Source: Synechococcus sp. (lineage in GTDB: Bacteria; Cyanobacteriota; Cyanobacteriia; PCC-6307; Cyanobiaceae). From it: a stretch of 64,000 nt of DNA. A model generated the notes under the pieces. That model made no database searches and was not told the origin of the DNA. It saw nothing but the letters and a program-made list of their open reading frames with translations. The first letter of the stretch is position 1; every line of letters begins with the position of its first letter. The stretch covers positions 96,001 through 160,000 of the forward strand of contig JBJBDL010000003.1 in NCBI GenBank assembly GCA_047285305.1, read 5' to 3'. Made by a program: the position numbers and the translations under genes. Shown piece by piece: positions 33,450-44,078 of the stretch.

Positions 33450-33650
33450 ATGTCGCAATCGAAGCGCGAGCAGGTCGTGAGCCACCTGCGCTACATCCGC
33501 CAAGAGCTGCGCGAGATGCACCAAGGAGTTATGGAAGATGGCCTTCTTCCCGAAGCAGGCGAAGTTCGGGGTGTGATGGCACAAATGGAAGCTCTGCTGG
33601 AGCTTCTCGAGGGCAAAGCGTCCAGAAAAGCGAAGGCTGAGTCCAAATAA
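33450..33650 (+). CDS. Small conserved hypothetical helical protein (66 aa)
   Basis: MSQSKREQVVSHLRYIRQELREMHQGV...; followed by a terminator. Confidence 0.7.
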   Translation: MSQSKREQVVSHLRYIRQELREMHQGVMEDGLLPEAGEVRGVMAQMEALLELLEGKASRKAKAESK

Positions 33651-33715
33651 CTTTCAGCGCAAGCCGTTGTCAAAGCCCTGAGCTCTGGCTTTGCTGCGCC
33701 AATCCCCATCACCAG

Positions 33716-33742
33716 GCCCGGGCTTGCCCGGGTTTTTTATTG
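33716..33742 (+). terminator. Intrinsic terminator
   Basis: CCCGGG-cttg-CCCGGG followed by TTTTTTATT. Confidence 0.8.
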
Positions 33743-33872
33743 AAATCTCCTATCCGTAGTGTCTGATGCCTGCAGATTGCCCAGGGGTGGTGTAAACAAT
33801 GGATGGCAGGGGTATGGCTGGGTGATGGGGATCACTGGTTACGACCCTGCCTCTTCCCCTGAAATCAGTGCC

Positions 33873-34205
33873 GTGCAACGGCTTCAATCCACCCGGCTGC
33901 ATACCAACGTTGGAGCAGCACTTCAAAGGCTGGATCGATGGGCGCGCAATCCTTGGCGGCGATTCTCCTTACTGGCCCTCGCCGGACTCATTGGCTTTTT
34001 GATCGGTAGCGCCATCACATCAGTCGCAGGCGTTCTAGGGCAGATGGACCCCGTGGCTGCGCTTGTGGTGGTTCTTGGCACTGAACTCACGATTCGGCGC
34101 CGACGCAGCTCCGAACCATCACTAAAGCTGCCCCAACAGCTCCTGGATCTTGGTCGTATTGGCTTTCTCTACGGCCTCTTTCTCGAAGGGTTCAAGCTGA
34201 TCTGA
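33873..34205 (+). CDS. ycf20: Ycf20/DUF565 family membrane protein
   Basis: LQSTRL...WARNPWRR...RIGFLYGLFLEGFKL. Start is uncertain (GTG 33873 or ATG 33825). Confidence 0.8.
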   Translation: MQRLQSTRLHTNVGAALQRLDRWARNPWRRFSLLALAGLIGFLIGSAITSVAGVLGQMDPVAALVVVLGTELTIRRRRSSEPSLKLPQQLLDLGRIGFLYGLFLEGFKLI

Positions 34206-34277
34206 AGCAGAACCGTTCATCAAAACAGCCAACCAAGATTGCGATTCATACCTAGGGGAGAGTCTGATGGGCTGCAA

Positions 34278-34759
34278 ATGGCGAGCAACCATTACTTTCT
34301 GGAGCTTGAACCCCCAGCGGAGCGGTTACTTCATTCGCCGCATATGGTCATCGTCGGTGGCGGCTTTGCAGAGGTGCACGCCAGTGCAGTCGCCGACCTG
34401 CATGGCTTCAAATTTTTCTTACGCTTGGGCCCGCCGCTGTAGGCCATCGTTCACCTGGCCTTGATCCCCAACCGAGAGAACCGGATCACCTTGAGCATCA
34501 AATGGCTGTAGCCCTAGCGACCCGGCAACGGGCCTCGATTCTGCTAACCGGAATGCCCAGCCAGCATCTGGCGCTTGATACTGAGGATGCCCACTTCCCG
34601 ATGGCAAGCGGCAAAGATCCCTCCATCGCCGAACCCGATGTCGCCCTCCAGGCTGCGATGGATTACTACGCCCATCAACACAGTGGCCTCACCCACACTC
34701 AGGAGCTGCTCGACAGCAAGGAAGCCTCAGTTGCGGATTCGGAAGCTGCCATCAAATAG
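34278..34759 (+). pseudogene. Internally deleted remnant of a type II NADH dehydrogenase (NDH-2-like FAD oxidoreductase)
   Basis: N-terminal PHMVIVGGGFAE (degenerate Rossmann motif) joined directly to C-terminal SAVADLHGFKF...L*AIVHLALIPNRENRITLSIKWL*, with in-frame TAGs at 34440 and 34509 and a frameshift into ALATRQRASILLTGMPSQH. Confidence 0.75.
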
Positions 34760-35748
34760 AGCAAGGCCATCCGGGTAGGCACGCCATTCCTGACCTGCTC
34801 TTCCACAAGGCTGACTTGCGGGTCATCCAGAAGCGAGCCACTCAATTCGACGCCGCGATTGACCGGGCCGGGATGCAGTACGGGAACGTTCTCCCCGCAG
34901 AGCTGCATGCGCTCATGGCTCAGCCCGAAGTCACGGTGATAGCGCTCCAGGCTGGTGAGCAACTGCTGGCCCATCCGTTCCTTCTGAAGCCGTAGGGTCA
35001 TCACGGCATCGGCGCCAGGGAGCGCATGCTCCAGGCGCCGCACCACGCTGACCTTGCCCCGTTGCGGTACCGGATCCTTAAGCAGACCCGGGGGCGGAGC
35101 ATCCACGAAGGCCGAAAAATCCTTGGGGACAAGGCTGGGAGGACCGCACAACACCACATCCGCGCCGCAGGCCGTCAAAGCCCAGAGATTGGAACGGGCC
35201 ACCCGCGAGTGAAGGATGTCTCCAACAATCACAATCCGGCGTCCTTGCAGCGCTTCCGGCATGGGGTATTGGGGCGAGAAATGCCGGGCAAGAGTGAGCA
35301 GATCCAGCAGTCCCTGACTGGGATGACTGTGAAGTCCATCGCCCCCATTGAGCACCACGGTGCGCTCACCCATTTGCTGCAGATCCAGCGCCAGTTGCTG
35401 CGGCACACCGGTGGAACGGTGGCGCACCACCAGAACGTCGGCGCCCATGGCCACGTAGGTGCGCGCTGTGTCGAGAACGCTTTCCCCTTTGCTGAGTGAG
35501 CTGCTGGAAGGTGAAAAGCTCATCACGTCTGCCGACAGACGCTTGGCCGCCAACTCAAAACTGCTGCGGGTTCGGGTGCTGGGCTCGAAGAACAGCGTTG
35601 CCACCAGACGGCCCTGCAAGGCGGGCAGTTTTCGGGCACCAGTGATAGGCAGCGAACGAAACCGCTGGGCCAGCTCAAGCACGGCAGCAAAGTCTTCCCG
35701 CGAAAAGGATGCGAGATCAAGCACGTGTCGATGCGGCCAGTCACTCAT
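34699..35748 (-). CDS. pyrB: Aspartate carbamoyltransferase catalytic subunit
   Basis: [35 protein letters not shown] and [10 protein letters not shown]; start ATG 35748. Confidence 0.97.
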   Translation of the reverse strand: MSDWPHRHVLDLASFSREDFAAVLELAQRFRSLPITGARKLPALQGRLVATLFFEPSTRTRSSFELAAKRLSADVMSFSPSSSSLSKGESVLDTARTYVAMGADVLVVRHRSTGVPQQLALDLQQMGERTVVLNGGDGLHSHPSQGLLDLLTLARHFSPQYPMPEALQGRRIVIVGDILHSRVARSNLWALTACGADVVLCGPPSLVPKDFSAFVDAPPPGLLKDPVPQRGKVSVVRRLEHALPGADAVMTLRLQKERMGQQLLTSLERYHRDFGLSHERMQLCGENVPVLHPGPVNRGVELSGSLLDDPQVSLVEEQVRNGVPTRMALLYLMAASESATEASLLSSSS

Positions 35749-36386
35749 GACGACGACTCCAGCGATGGCGACCAGCACTGTGACTGAGGCGGCATGCGAT
35801 CACCCCGAGCTCGCCTGCTGACACTGCGACTGCTCCGCAGGTACCAGCGCCATGGTGTTGCAGCGCCCTGGGAGATGCCGATCCGGGTGGTTGTCACAAG
35901 ATCCTGGCTGGCAAATGTGTCTGACCTTGGGGCCATCCACACGTCATGTTCGCCCGTCACCGGACGGCTGTCATCACGGCGATCAAGCCCAAAACGACGT
36001 GCCAGCAGGCCTGGCCCTGCCGCAATCCGCTCCGGTTCATCGGGAAGTGCCACGGCACGCAGCAACACGCCGTTGGCCCAATCGGCACGATCGGTGACCA
36101 CGTTCACGCAGTGGTGGATGCCGTAGCTGACATACACATAAAAACGCCCTGGCTCACCGAACAGGGTTTCGTTTTGCGGTGAACGGCGGCGGTAACCGTG
36201 ACAAGCGGGATCGTCCTGGGAATAGGCCTCGGTTTCAACGATCACGCCCCAGAGCAGGCTGCCGTTGTCTTGGCGTTTCACCAACCTGCAGCCCACCAAT
36301 TCGGGGCCCACGATCTGAGCCGGACGGGCAAAAAAATTGAGCGGAAGCAAAACGAAATCGATGACAGGCTGCCGGCTGGCGGCCAC
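35745..36386 (-). CDS. mpg: DNA-3-methyladenine glycosylase (AAG/MPG family)
   Basis: [35 protein letters not shown] and RIGIS. Start is uncertain (GTG 36386). Confidence 0.9.
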   Translation of the reverse strand: MAASRQPVIDFVLLPLNFFARPAQIVGPELVGCRLVKRQDNGSLLWGVIVETEAYSQDDPACHGYRRRSPQNETLFGEPGRFYVYVSYGIHHCVNVVTDRADWANGVLLRAVALPDEPERIAAGPGLLARRFGLDRRDDSRPVTGEHDVWMAPRSDTFASQDLVTTTRIGISQGAATPWRWYLRSSRSVSRRARGDRMPPQSQCWSPSLESSS

Positions 36387-36405
36387 GCTTGTTTCAGCTT
36401 GAACG

Positions 36406-37173
36406 TTGCAGGCTGTGGACAGCAACCTCCAGGCACGGCGTGATGGGGTGTTTCTGGTGCTGGCGGGTTTGTTCCTCGGGACCCTTGGCATGCTCAACAT
36501 CCTGGGCCTGACGCGCTTCCTTCAACTGGGCAGCATCGGCGGCTGGCCGATCGTGGTGGCCGTTGGCGCACTGCCTTACCCGATCACGTTCCTCTGCACT
36601 GATCTGATCAGCGAACTCTGGGGAGAACAGAAAGCCAATCAAGTGGTGTGGGTCGGGCTGCTGCTCAACGGCTGGGTGCTGCTGATCCTCTGGCTGGGGG
36701 GCGTTCTGCCGGGCATGAGCGGCAGCGATGACAGCACCTTTCACACCATTCAGCAGCTCAGCTTCGGTTCGGTTGGCGCCTCGATGGTGGCTTACCTCAC
36801 GGCGCAGTTCGTGGACGTGCGGCTGTTCCATTTCTGGAAACAGCTCACCAAAGGCAAAGCGCTCTGGCTGCGCAACAACGGCTCCACCCTGGTGAGCCAG
36901 TTGGTGGACACCAGCGCGGTGGTGCTGATCAGCCATTACGGCGCCCATGTGCTGCCTGTACAGCCGGAACGATCCGTGTTGCCCCAGCTGATCAGCTTCA
37001 TTGGCAGCGGGTACCTGTTCAAAGTGCTGGCAGCGTTGACCGACACGCTTCCCTTCATCTGGCTCACAGGATGGCTGAGGGAGTGGCTGGACATTCCTGA
37101 AGAAGAAGGCGAACTCACAACAGAAGCCACGTCATCGATGCATAAAGGGCGCATCCACTCCAAAATGAGATGA
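36406..37173 (+). CDS. Queuosine precursor transporter (YhhQ/DUF165 family)
   Basis: [47 protein letters not shown] and DTLPF. Confidence 0.87.
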   Translation: MQAVDSNLQARRDGVFLVLAGLFLGTLGMLNILGLTRFLQLGSIGGWPIVVAVGALPYPITFLCTDLISELWGEQKANQVVWVGLLLNGWVLLILWLGGVLPGMSGSDDSTFHTIQQLSFGSVGASMVAYLTAQFVDVRLFHFWKQLTKGKALWLRNNGSTLVSQLVDTSAVVLISHYGAHVLPVQPERSVLPQLISFIGSGYLFKVLAALTDTLPFIWLTGWLREWLDIPEEEGELTTEATSSMHKGRIHSKMR

Positions 37174-37187
37174 GTTCAGGCCAGGTG

Positions 37188-37331
37188 ATGGACGCAGCCA
37201 CCCCCAGCTTCAACCTCGGCACTGTTCTTCTCGCCAGCATTGTGCTGTTCCCCTTGGCCTGCCTGTTCTTCGGAACCCGCGGCGGCTACTACAACACCGA
37301 TCAGTACGACGGCAACGGCACCGCCCACTGA
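37188..37331 (+). CDS. ndhP: NDH-1L complex small subunit NdhP (47 aa)
   Basis: Manual translation MDAATPSFNLGTVLLASIVLFPLACLFFGTRGGYYNTDQYDGNGTAH: one transmembrane helix plus the NdhP C-terminal FFGTR.G.Y.TD.Y.GNG.AH motif. Below the ORF-track cutoff. Confidence 0.88.
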   Translation: MDAATPSFNLGTVLLASIVLFPLACLFFGTRGGYYNTDQYDGNGTAH

Positions 37332-37374
37332 TCGGCTGGAGTTGAGCGATCATCAGGTCACTGGTTCAGCCTGA

Positions 37375-38163
37375 ATGACCGCTGCAACACCCGGTCCTGT
37401 CGACAGCACGGACTCCATTCGCCTCGCCCTGCGCAGTTGGCCTGAAGTGGAGAGCTATCTCCAAGGCTGCAAGGGGGTGATCATTCCCCTGGGATCCACC
37501 GAGCAGCACGGCCCCACAGGCGCCATCGGCACCGACGCTCTCACCGCAGAGGCGGTGGCCCTTGAGGTGGGTCGTCGCACAGGTGTTTTGGTCACCCCAG
37601 CTCAAGCCTTCGGCATGGCGGAACACCACCTTGGTTTCGCGGGAACGATGAGCCTGCAGCCGGCAACGCTTCTGGCGGTTCTGCACGACCTGGTGTTGTC
37701 CCTGGGCCGGCATGGCTTCGAACGGGTGTTCGTGATCAATGGCCACGGCGGCAACATTGCAACGGCCAAAGCCGCCTTTGCCCAGGCCCACGGCACCGCC
37801 ACCACCCGCAATCTCCCCGTTGCCCCGCAGCTGCGTTGTCGGCTGGCCAACTGGTTCATGGCCGGCCCCGTGATGCGCCAGGCGCGCGATCTGTATGGCG
37901 ACAAAGAAGGCCATCACGCCACGCCCAGCGAAATCGCTGTCACCCTCGCGGTGGAGCCGAGCCTGCAGAGCAAGCAGCGACCGCTGCCCGACCCTGCGCC
38001 GGCAGGCCCCATTCATGGACCGGACGACTTCCGGCGCCGTCACCCCGATGGACGCATGGGGTCCCATCCCTCCTTGGCTACCGCCCAGCATGGTGACGCC
38101 TTGCTGGAGACAGCCGCCACCGCGTTGAGCGAGGATCTGCACACGTTCCTCGGCGAGTCATGA
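37375..38163 (+). CDS. Creatininase/amidohydrolase family protein
   Basis: [10 protein letters not shown]...GTD, EHH, INGHGGN and HHATPSE metal ligands. Confidence 0.88.
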   Translation: MTAATPGPVDSTDSIRLALRSWPEVESYLQGCKGVIIPLGSTEQHGPTGAIGTDALTAEAVALEVGRRTGVLVTPAQAFGMAEHHLGFAGTMSLQPATLLAVLHDLVLSLGRHGFERVFVINGHGGNIATAKAAFAQAHGTATTRNLPVAPQLRCRLANWFMAGPVMRQARDLYGDKEGHHATPSEIAVTLAVEPSLQSKQRPLPDPAPAGPIHGPDDFRRRHPDGRMGSHPSLATAQHGDALLETAATALSEDLHTFLGES

Positions 38164-38453
38164 GCCAGATTTCCAGCGACGACGTCCGCAAGGTGGCCCA
38201 GCTCGCCCGCCTTGATCTGCCCGAGAACAAGATTGCGACCTACACCGGTCAGCTTGAGTCCATCCTCGAGTACGTGGGTCAGCTCCAGCAGGTGAACACT
38301 GAAGGGGTTCCGGAAACCACTCGAGCCGTGGAGGTGACCAACGTCACCCGGGCCGATGGCGTGCAGCCGACCCCCGTTCGGGAAGACATCCTGAACCAGG
38401 CACCCCAGAGAGAGGGTGACTTCTTCCGGGTTCCGAAAATTCTGGCCGACTGA
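38160..38453 (+). CDS. gatC: Asp/Glu-tRNA amidotransferase subunit C
   Basis: [10 protein letters not shown]...NVTRAD...[14 protein letters not shown]. Confidence 0.95.
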   Translation: MSQISSDDVRKVAQLARLDLPENKIATYTGQLESILEYVGQLQQVNTEGVPETTRAVEVTNVTRADGVQPTPVREDILNQAPQREGDFFRVPKILAD

Positions 38454-38460
38454 ACCCAGA

Positions 38461-39492
38461 TCAGCGGGACAGAGAACGCTTGGGCTCGGTTTTGATCGCG
38501 ATGCGGTCAACAAAACCGAGCCAGTGGCGACGCAACCCCCGTCCGGGCATGAAACGGGCTGCACGCCTCATCTTTCCGCTGCGGCGCTTGTGGCTGCGCA
38601 CTCCCACAAGTATGTCGTAGAGGAAGTTGTAGCCATCCTGGCGGGTCTCAAAAATGCCCAGCCTTTGGGGAGATCCCTTGGAGTCGAGCAGAGGCTTGGT
38701 GGCCTCATAGGCCGGTTTGTATTCGAACCAGGGAATGGATGGCCAGAGGTGATGAACCAGGTGATAGTTCTGCCCCATGATCAGCCAGTTCATCAGCCTG
38801 CCTGGATAGATCCGGGCGTTCGTCCAGCGGTTGCGGGAGGTGAAGGGCCGATGCGGGAGGTAGTCGAAGAACAACCCCAGAGTCACGCCCACCATCAGGG
38901 CAGGAGCAAACCAGCAATTGAAGATGAAAGGCAGGAAATCAAAGCGTGCCGCCGCCAGCACGATCACCATAAAAATGGTGCGCTCGAGCCCCCACTGCAT
39001 CAACTCCCAGCGTCGCCAGAGGCGACGCTGAAAGAAAAACCACTCGTGATAAAAAAACCTCGGGGCGATCAGCCAGAGCGGCCCGAACGTGCTGACGATG
39101 TGGTCTGGGTCGTTCTTCGGGTCATTTACATGGGCGTGATGCTCAAGATGCACCCTCGTGAACACGGGAAAGCTGAACCCGAGCAACAGCGCCGAGCCAT
39201 GGCCCATGGCCTGATTGATCCATCGATTGGGATGGGCTGCGTTGTGGCAGGCGTCATGAATCACCGTCCCTTCCAGATGTAGCGCCAGAAAGCCCGTGCA
39301 CAGCAGCACCGGCAGGGGCAAGGCCGCCACAAACCAGCCCCAGATGGTCAGAGCCGCCAGGGCATAACCGCCAAGGAAGAGCCCGACGGTGGGGTTCCAG
39401 AAGGCCGGCGGGTCAACGAATTCGCGCGGAACCGAGCGATAGCCCACTCCAACCGGACGAGGCTGCTTTTGTTGAGCAGTGCTCTGGTGCAT
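38461..39492 (-). CDS. crtR: Beta-carotene hydroxylase (fatty acid desaturase superfamily)
   Basis: His boxes HDACH, HLEHH, DYLPH and HLVHH; WNPTVGLF. Start ATG 39492; the longer ORF overlaps the tRNA. Confidence 0.92.
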   Translation of the reverse strand: MHQSTAQQKQPRPVGVGYRSVPREFVDPPAFWNPTVGLFLGGYALAALTIWGWFVAALPLPVLLCTGFLALHLEGTVIHDACHNAAHPNRWINQAMGHGSALLLGFSFPVFTRVHLEHHAHVNDPKNDPDHIVSTFGPLWLIAPRFFYHEWFFFQRRLWRRWELMQWGLERTIFMVIVLAAARFDFLPFIFNCWFAPALMVGVTLGLFFDYLPHRPFTSRNRWTNARIYPGRLMNWLIMGQNYHLVHHLWPSIPWFEYKPAYEATKPLLDSKGSPQRLGIFETRQDGYNFLYDILVGVRSHKRRSGKMRRAARFMPGRGLRRHWLGFVDRIAIKTEPKRSLSR

Positions 39493-39546
39493 CCGGAGGT
39501 CAGGCAACAAGTCTGTAACGATCCCGAACCAAGGTAGGGAAAGGAA

Positions 39547-39628
39547 TGCCCACCGGGGGACTTGAACCCCCACGACCAAAGCCACTGGTACCTAAAACCA
39601 GCGCGTCTACCAATTCCGCCAGGTGGGC
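39547..39628 (-). tRNA. tRNA-Leu(TAG)
   Basis: Reverse complement reads GCCCACC..GGCGGAATTGGTAGACGCG-CTGGT-tt-TAG-gt-ACCAG, long variable arm, GGTTCAAGTCC, GGTGGGCA. Confidence 0.96.
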
Positions 39629-39682
39629 AATGCTCCGACTCTAAAGATCGCACCAGAATGGAAGCAGACCGTCACACCATGG

Positions 39683-40168
39683 ATGCTTGCAACCCTCAGC
39701 GGCGATCTCTGCCTTCTGCTCGGCCTGGCACTCCTGCTGCTTCCCCTTCTGGCCGTTGAACTCAGTCGTCCCCGCGATGGTGTTTGGGGCGCGGTGGTCT
39801 TGCTGCTGGGTCTCGTTCTGGTCACCAGCACAGACCGTCTGCGGGGAGCGCCGATGCTGGCGGTTCTCTGCGCCGGCCTGTTGATCGCACGCTTGGGATC
39901 CGAGGTCGGACAGGCCCGCTGGAACTGCCTCAGCGAAACCGAGCAGCAGCGGTTCAACTCACTTGATCATTGGCTCACCAGCCTTCAACAACTTTTGATC
40001 ACCACTGGCCGAGTGGGCGAAGGCATCAGCGGGATCGCCAAACAACTCAAACCGGCCGGGAAATCAGGGGTTACGGGCAAAAAATGGGTGCGTCCCGAGC
40101 CTCCTGGAACCACTGACGCAAGCGACACCGAAGCAGCCGAGGTCACATCTCCAGAGGGCGAAGACTGA
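39683..40168 (+). CDS. ycf66: Ycf66 family membrane protein
   Basis: ELSRPRDGVWGAVVLLLGLVLVTSTDRLRGAPML; three N-terminal transmembrane segments. Confidence 0.7.
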   Translation: MLATLSGDLCLLLGLALLLLPLLAVELSRPRDGVWGAVVLLLGLVLVTSTDRLRGAPMLAVLCAGLLIARLGSEVGQARWNCLSETEQQRFNSLDHWLTSLQQLLITTGRVGEGISGIAKQLKPAGKSGVTGKKWVRPEPPGTTDASDTEAAEVTSPEGED

Positions 40169-40195
40169 TAATCCCGAGGCCAGAGCAGGGACCCC

Positions 40196-43120
40196 GTGAG
40201 CAAGGAGACGCGCGACGCCGCCGCTGAGGAACGTCCCTCCTACAAACAGACGCTCAATCTGCTGCAGACGGGATTCGGCATGCGCGCCAATGCCGTCCAA
40301 CGCGAACCTGAACTGCAGGGCTTCTGGAAAGACCACGGCATCGACGGCGAGCTGGGCCTGAAGAACAGCGGCCCAACCTTCACCCTCCATGACGGCCCGC
40401 CCTACGCCAACGGTGCTCTGCACATGGGGCATGCCCTCAACAAGGTGCTGAAGGACGTCATCAACAAATATCAGGTGTTAAGTGGGCGGCGAGTGCGCTA
40501 CGTACCGGGCTGGGACTGCCACGGTCTGCCGATCGAGCTCAAGGTGCTGCAGTCGATGGATCAGGACCAACGCAAGGCGCTGACACCGATCAAGCTGCGC
40601 AAAAAGGCTGCCGCCTACGCCCGCAAACAGGTTGATGGCCAGATGAAAGGCTTCCAGCGCTGGGGCATCTGGGCGGACTGGGAGCAGCCGTATCTGACTC
40701 TGCAAAAGGAGTACGAATCGGCTCAGATTCGGGTGTTTGGCGAGATGGTGCTCAAGGGGCACATCTACCGGGGTCTGAAACCGGTGCACTGGAGCCCGAG
40801 TTCACGCACCGCTTTGGCCGAAGCCGAACTGGAGTACCCCGACGGCCACACCAGTCCCAGCGTCTACGCCGCCTTCCCAGCCGTGGAGCTTCCCGCGGCG
40901 CTGCGGGATGCATTCGAGGCAGAGGGCCTGGACCTTCCCACGGAGACGGACGTCCTTGGGAAGGCCCTGCAGGTGGCAATCTGGACCACCACCCCCTGGA
41001 CGCTGCCTGCCAACCTGGCGGTGTCGGTGAATGAAAGGCTCGATTACGCCCTGGCCGACGACGGCGAAGGCCGACTGCTGCTGGTGGCTGCCGATCTGAT
41101 CGAGACGCTGAGCGGCACCCTGGCGCGCCCACTGAGCCGGCGCGTCACCGTCAAAGGCGCTCTGCTCGCCGGGCTGACCTACCGCCACCCGCTGCTGGAT
41201 CGCACCAGTCCGGTGGTGATCGGGGGCGATTACATCACCACTGAATCGGGCACAGGCCTCGTGCACACCGCACCTGGTCACGGCGTCGACGACTTCCACA
41301 CCGGCCAGAAGAACGGCCTGCCGGTGCTCTGCCCTGTGGACGAAGCAGGCAACCTCACGGAAGAGGCCGGGCCGTTCGCGGGCCTGAATGTTCTCAAGGA
41401 TGCCAACCCCAAGATCATTGAGGCGCTGGAGTCCGCGGGCGCTCTGCTCAAGCAGGAGGCCTATGGCCACCGCTACCCGTACGACTGGCGCACCAAGAAA
41501 CCAACCATCTTTCGGGCCACGGAACAATGGTTTGCCTCCGTGGAAGGGTTCCGTCAACAGGCCCTTGATGCGATCGCCGCAGTGGAGTGGACCCCTGCTT
41601 CCGGTCGCAACCGAATCGAATCGATGATCAAGGAGCGGGGCGACTGGTGTATCTCCCGTCAGCGCACCTGGGGGGTGCCGATCCCCGTCTTTTATCACCG
41701 CAGCAACGGCGAGGTGCTGCTGAACGCCGACACCCTGGAACACATCCAGGCGTTAATCGCCGAGCACGGTGCCGACGTCTGGTGGGAGAAAGACGAAGCG
41801 GATCTGCTTCCGCCCGCCTACGCCGACCAGGCCGACCAGTGGCGCAAGGGCACCGACACCATGGACGTGTGGTTCGACTCCGGCTCAAGCTGGGCTGCCG
41901 TCGCCAGCCAGCGGGACAACCTGAGCTATCCCGCCGACCTTTACCTGGAAGGGTCCGACCAGCACCGCGGCTGGTTCCAGAGTTCACTGCTCACCTCTGT
42001 TGCCGTGAATGGCCACGCTCCCTACAAACGGGTGCTCACCCATGGCTTCGCCTTGGATGAGAAGGGCCGCAAGATGAGCAAATCCCTCGGCAATGTGGTC
42101 GACCCGATGGTGATTATCGAGGGGGGCAAGAACCAGAAACAGGAACCGCCCTACGGCGCTGATGTGCTGCGGCTCTGGGTGAGCTCGGTGGATTACTCAG
42201 CCGATGTGCCTATCGGAGCCGGGATTCTGCGCCAGCTGGCCGATGTGTATCGCAAGGTGCGCAACACAAGCCGCTATCTGCTGGGCAACCTGCACGACTT
42301 CAATCCGGCAACCGACGCGATCCAGATTGCGGAACTGCCGTTGCTGGACCGCTGGATGCTGCAGCGCACGGCCGAGGTGATGGACGACATCACAGAAGCC
42401 TTCGAAAGCTTCGAGTTCTTCCGCTTCTTCCAGCTGCTGCAGAACTTCTGCGTCACCGATCTGTCGAACTTCTACCTCGACATCGCCAAGGACAGGCTCT
42501 ACGTGAGCGCCCCCGCCGACCAGCGCCGGCGCAGCTGCCAGACCGTGATGGCCCTGATCATCGAACGCCTCGCCGGACTGATCGCTCCTGTCTTGTGCCA
42601 CATGGCCGAAGACATCTGGCAGAACCTGCCCTACCCCGTGGAGGAGACCTCGGTCTTCCACCGCGGCTGGCCGAAGGTCCCAACCGAGTGGCGTGATGCT
42701 GGTCTCAGCGCTCCGGTTCAAGAGCTGCGAGAGCTCCGCGCCGCCGTCAACAAAGTGCTTGAAGATTGCCGCGGCCGTCAGGAACTTGGCGCATCGCTTG
42801 AGGCAGCCGTGCGGATTGATGCCCACCGTCCAGAACTCCAGGCCGCTCTCTCCTGGCTGAGTAAGACGGGGGATCCCGAGGTGGACGGTCTGCGGGACTG
42901 GCTGCTGGTTTCACAACTGCAGATTGGCGGCGAGCCCTGGGCCGAAGTGCTGGCCAGCCAGGACGACGAGCTCGCATCGATCGAGGTGAGCCGAGCGCGG
43001 GGAACCAAATGCGAGCGCTGCTGGCACTACGAGGGGGATGTGGGTCAGCACCCGGAGCATCCCCACATCTGCGGACGCTGTGTTGGCGTTCTGGAACGCC
43101 GGACTCACCAGTTGGCCTGA
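40196..43120 (+). CDS. ileS: Isoleucine--tRNA ligase
   Basis: [34 protein letters not shown] and C-terminal Zn finger CERC...CGRC. Confidence 0.99.
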   Translation: MSKETRDAAAEERPSYKQTLNLLQTGFGMRANAVQREPELQGFWKDHGIDGELGLKNSGPTFTLHDGPPYANGALHMGHALNKVLKDVINKYQVLSGRRVRYVPGWDCHGLPIELKVLQSMDQDQRKALTPIKLRKKAAAYARKQVDGQMKGFQRWGIWADWEQPYLTLQKEYESAQIRVFGEMVLKGHIYRGLKPVHWSPSSRTALAEAELEYPDGHTSPSVYAAFPAVELPAALRDAFEAEGLDLPTETDVLGKALQVAIWTTTPWTLPANLAVSVNERLDYALADDGEGRLLLVAADLIETLSGTLARPLSRRVTVKGALLAGLTYRHPLLDRTSPVVIGGDYITTESGTGLVHTAPGHGVDDFHTGQKNGLPVLCPVDEAGNLTEEAGPFAGLNVLKDANPKIIEALESAGALLKQEAYGHRYPYDWRTKKPTIFRATEQWFASVEGFRQQALDAIAAVEWTPASGRNRIESMIKERGDWCISRQRTWGVPIPVFYHRSNGEVLLNADTLEHIQALIAEHGADVWWEKDEADLLPPAYADQADQWRKGTDTMDVWFDSGSSWAAVASQRDNLSYPADLYLEGSDQHRGWFQSSLLTSVAVNGHAPYKRVLTHGFALDEKGRKMSKSLGNVVDPMVIIEGGKNQKQEPPYGADVLRLWVSSVDYSADVPIGAGILRQLADVYRKVRNTSRYLLGNLHDFNPATDAIQIAELPLLDRWMLQRTAEVMDDITEAFESFEFFRFFQLLQNFCVTDLSNFYLDIAKDRLYVSAPADQRRRSCQTVMALIIERLAGLIAPVLCHMAEDIWQNLPYPVEETSVFHRGWPKVPTEWRDAGLSAPVQELRELRAAVNKVLEDCRGRQELGASLEAAVRIDAHRPELQAALSWLSKTGDPEVDGLRDWLLVSQLQIGGEPWAEVLASQDDELASIEVSRARGTKCERCWHYEGDVGQHPEHPHICGRCVGVLERRTHQLA

Positions 43121-43398
43121 GCCAGGAGATCGTTCGGCGGCATCGGTCCAGCCAGGACAACCTCCTGGCCGGGCGACAAGGGCCCCTGCAGCAGCTCAGC
43201 CTGATCCAGGCTTGTTCCCTTAGGGAGAACAGGGGAATCGGGGTCAAAGGAAGTTGGATGGGTGGTGCTGCTGCTAAATCCACGGAAGATGAGTAACTCA
43301 AACGGCTCATTCCCGACCTGACCCAGTAGGCGGACAACCCGCTGGGGCTGAACACGCGTTCGCTCCTCCAGGGCCTGAACCAGCACCTGGTCAGTCAT
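43105..43398 (-). CDS. Conserved hypothetical cyanobacterial protein
   Basis: [12 protein letters not shown]...[22 protein letters not shown]...GPLSP; ATG overlaps the upstream stop by 1 bp. Confidence 0.75.
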   Translation of the reverse strand: MTDQVLVQALEERTRVQPQRVVRLLGQVGNEPFELLIFRGFSSSTTHPTSFDPDSPVLPKGTSLDQAELLQGPLSPGQEVVLAGPMPPNDLLAQANW

Positions 43399-44009
43399 CA
43401 GAAATCTCCCGCCACGCGGCCGTAACGGGGAAAACGCACCAACAGCCACTGCAGCAGACCAGCCAGGTAAGCCACCAGGGCGACGTACCCCACAAAGGCA
43501 GCAACGGCCTCGGTCCACAAACCACCGAACAGAAAATTGAACACCGTGGCCGCCAGACCATGGATGCCCTGAGGAGCTTCCAGCCAGGTGAGGCATGCCG
43601 GGGACTCCAGCTGTTGCATGCAGCCCAAACCCGTCACGCTCATGCCCAGGCTGAGGAGAGCAAACCCACCGAATGCCCAACGCCACACCTTCACGGCAAG
43701 GGGCAGCGGACGCCAGGACGGCTGGTCGGCCAGCTCCTCATTGATGTCAATCCAGAACCACAGGCTGATCACCATCAACACCGGTGCGACAACCGCCATG
43801 GCGTAGCCGAAGGGCCGCTGATCCGTCAGCAGCAACAGGCTGATCGCCATCAGGCTGGCCACTTTCCAATAGATCCCGAGCAGCCGCAGCACCAATGCCT
43901 CGCGACGCCAGGCCGACCAGATCAACAGGACCAAAGGCACACCAACGGCGAAGGTGGCGGCCAATCGATAGGTCAGCCACACCAGAGCGCGGTACGTGAG
44001 CTCGTTCAC
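43398..44009 (-). CDS. DUF3177 family membrane protein
   Basis: LVWLTYRLA...YWKVASL...WFWIDINEEL...WRW; multiple transmembrane segments. Confidence 0.75.
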   Translation of the reverse strand: MNELTYRALVWLTYRLAATFAVGVPLVLLIWSAWRREALVLRLLGIYWKVASLMAISLLLLTDQRPFGYAMAVVAPVLMVISLWFWIDINEELADQPSWRPLPLAVKVWRWAFGGFALLSLGMSVTGLGCMQQLESPACLTWLEAPQGIHGLAATVFNFLFGGLWTEAVAAFVGYVALVAYLAGLLQWLLVRFPRYGRVAGDF

Positions 44010-44078
44010 TGGGGACTGTCACAGTGCCGCCATTATCAACGTCCCGAGCTGTGCTCCAGGGTTGATAGGGTCCGCTTC

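Noticed and set aside
33189..39628. Genomic island at tRNA-Ala or tRNA-Leu
   Set aside because: No integrase, no duplicated tRNA 3' end seen, and the flanking genes are housekeeping.
43560..44078. 173-aa N-terminal extension of the FIST protein in the ORF track
   Set aside because: It overlaps the DUF3177 gene on the opposite strand; ATG 44079 gives a normal FIST protein.
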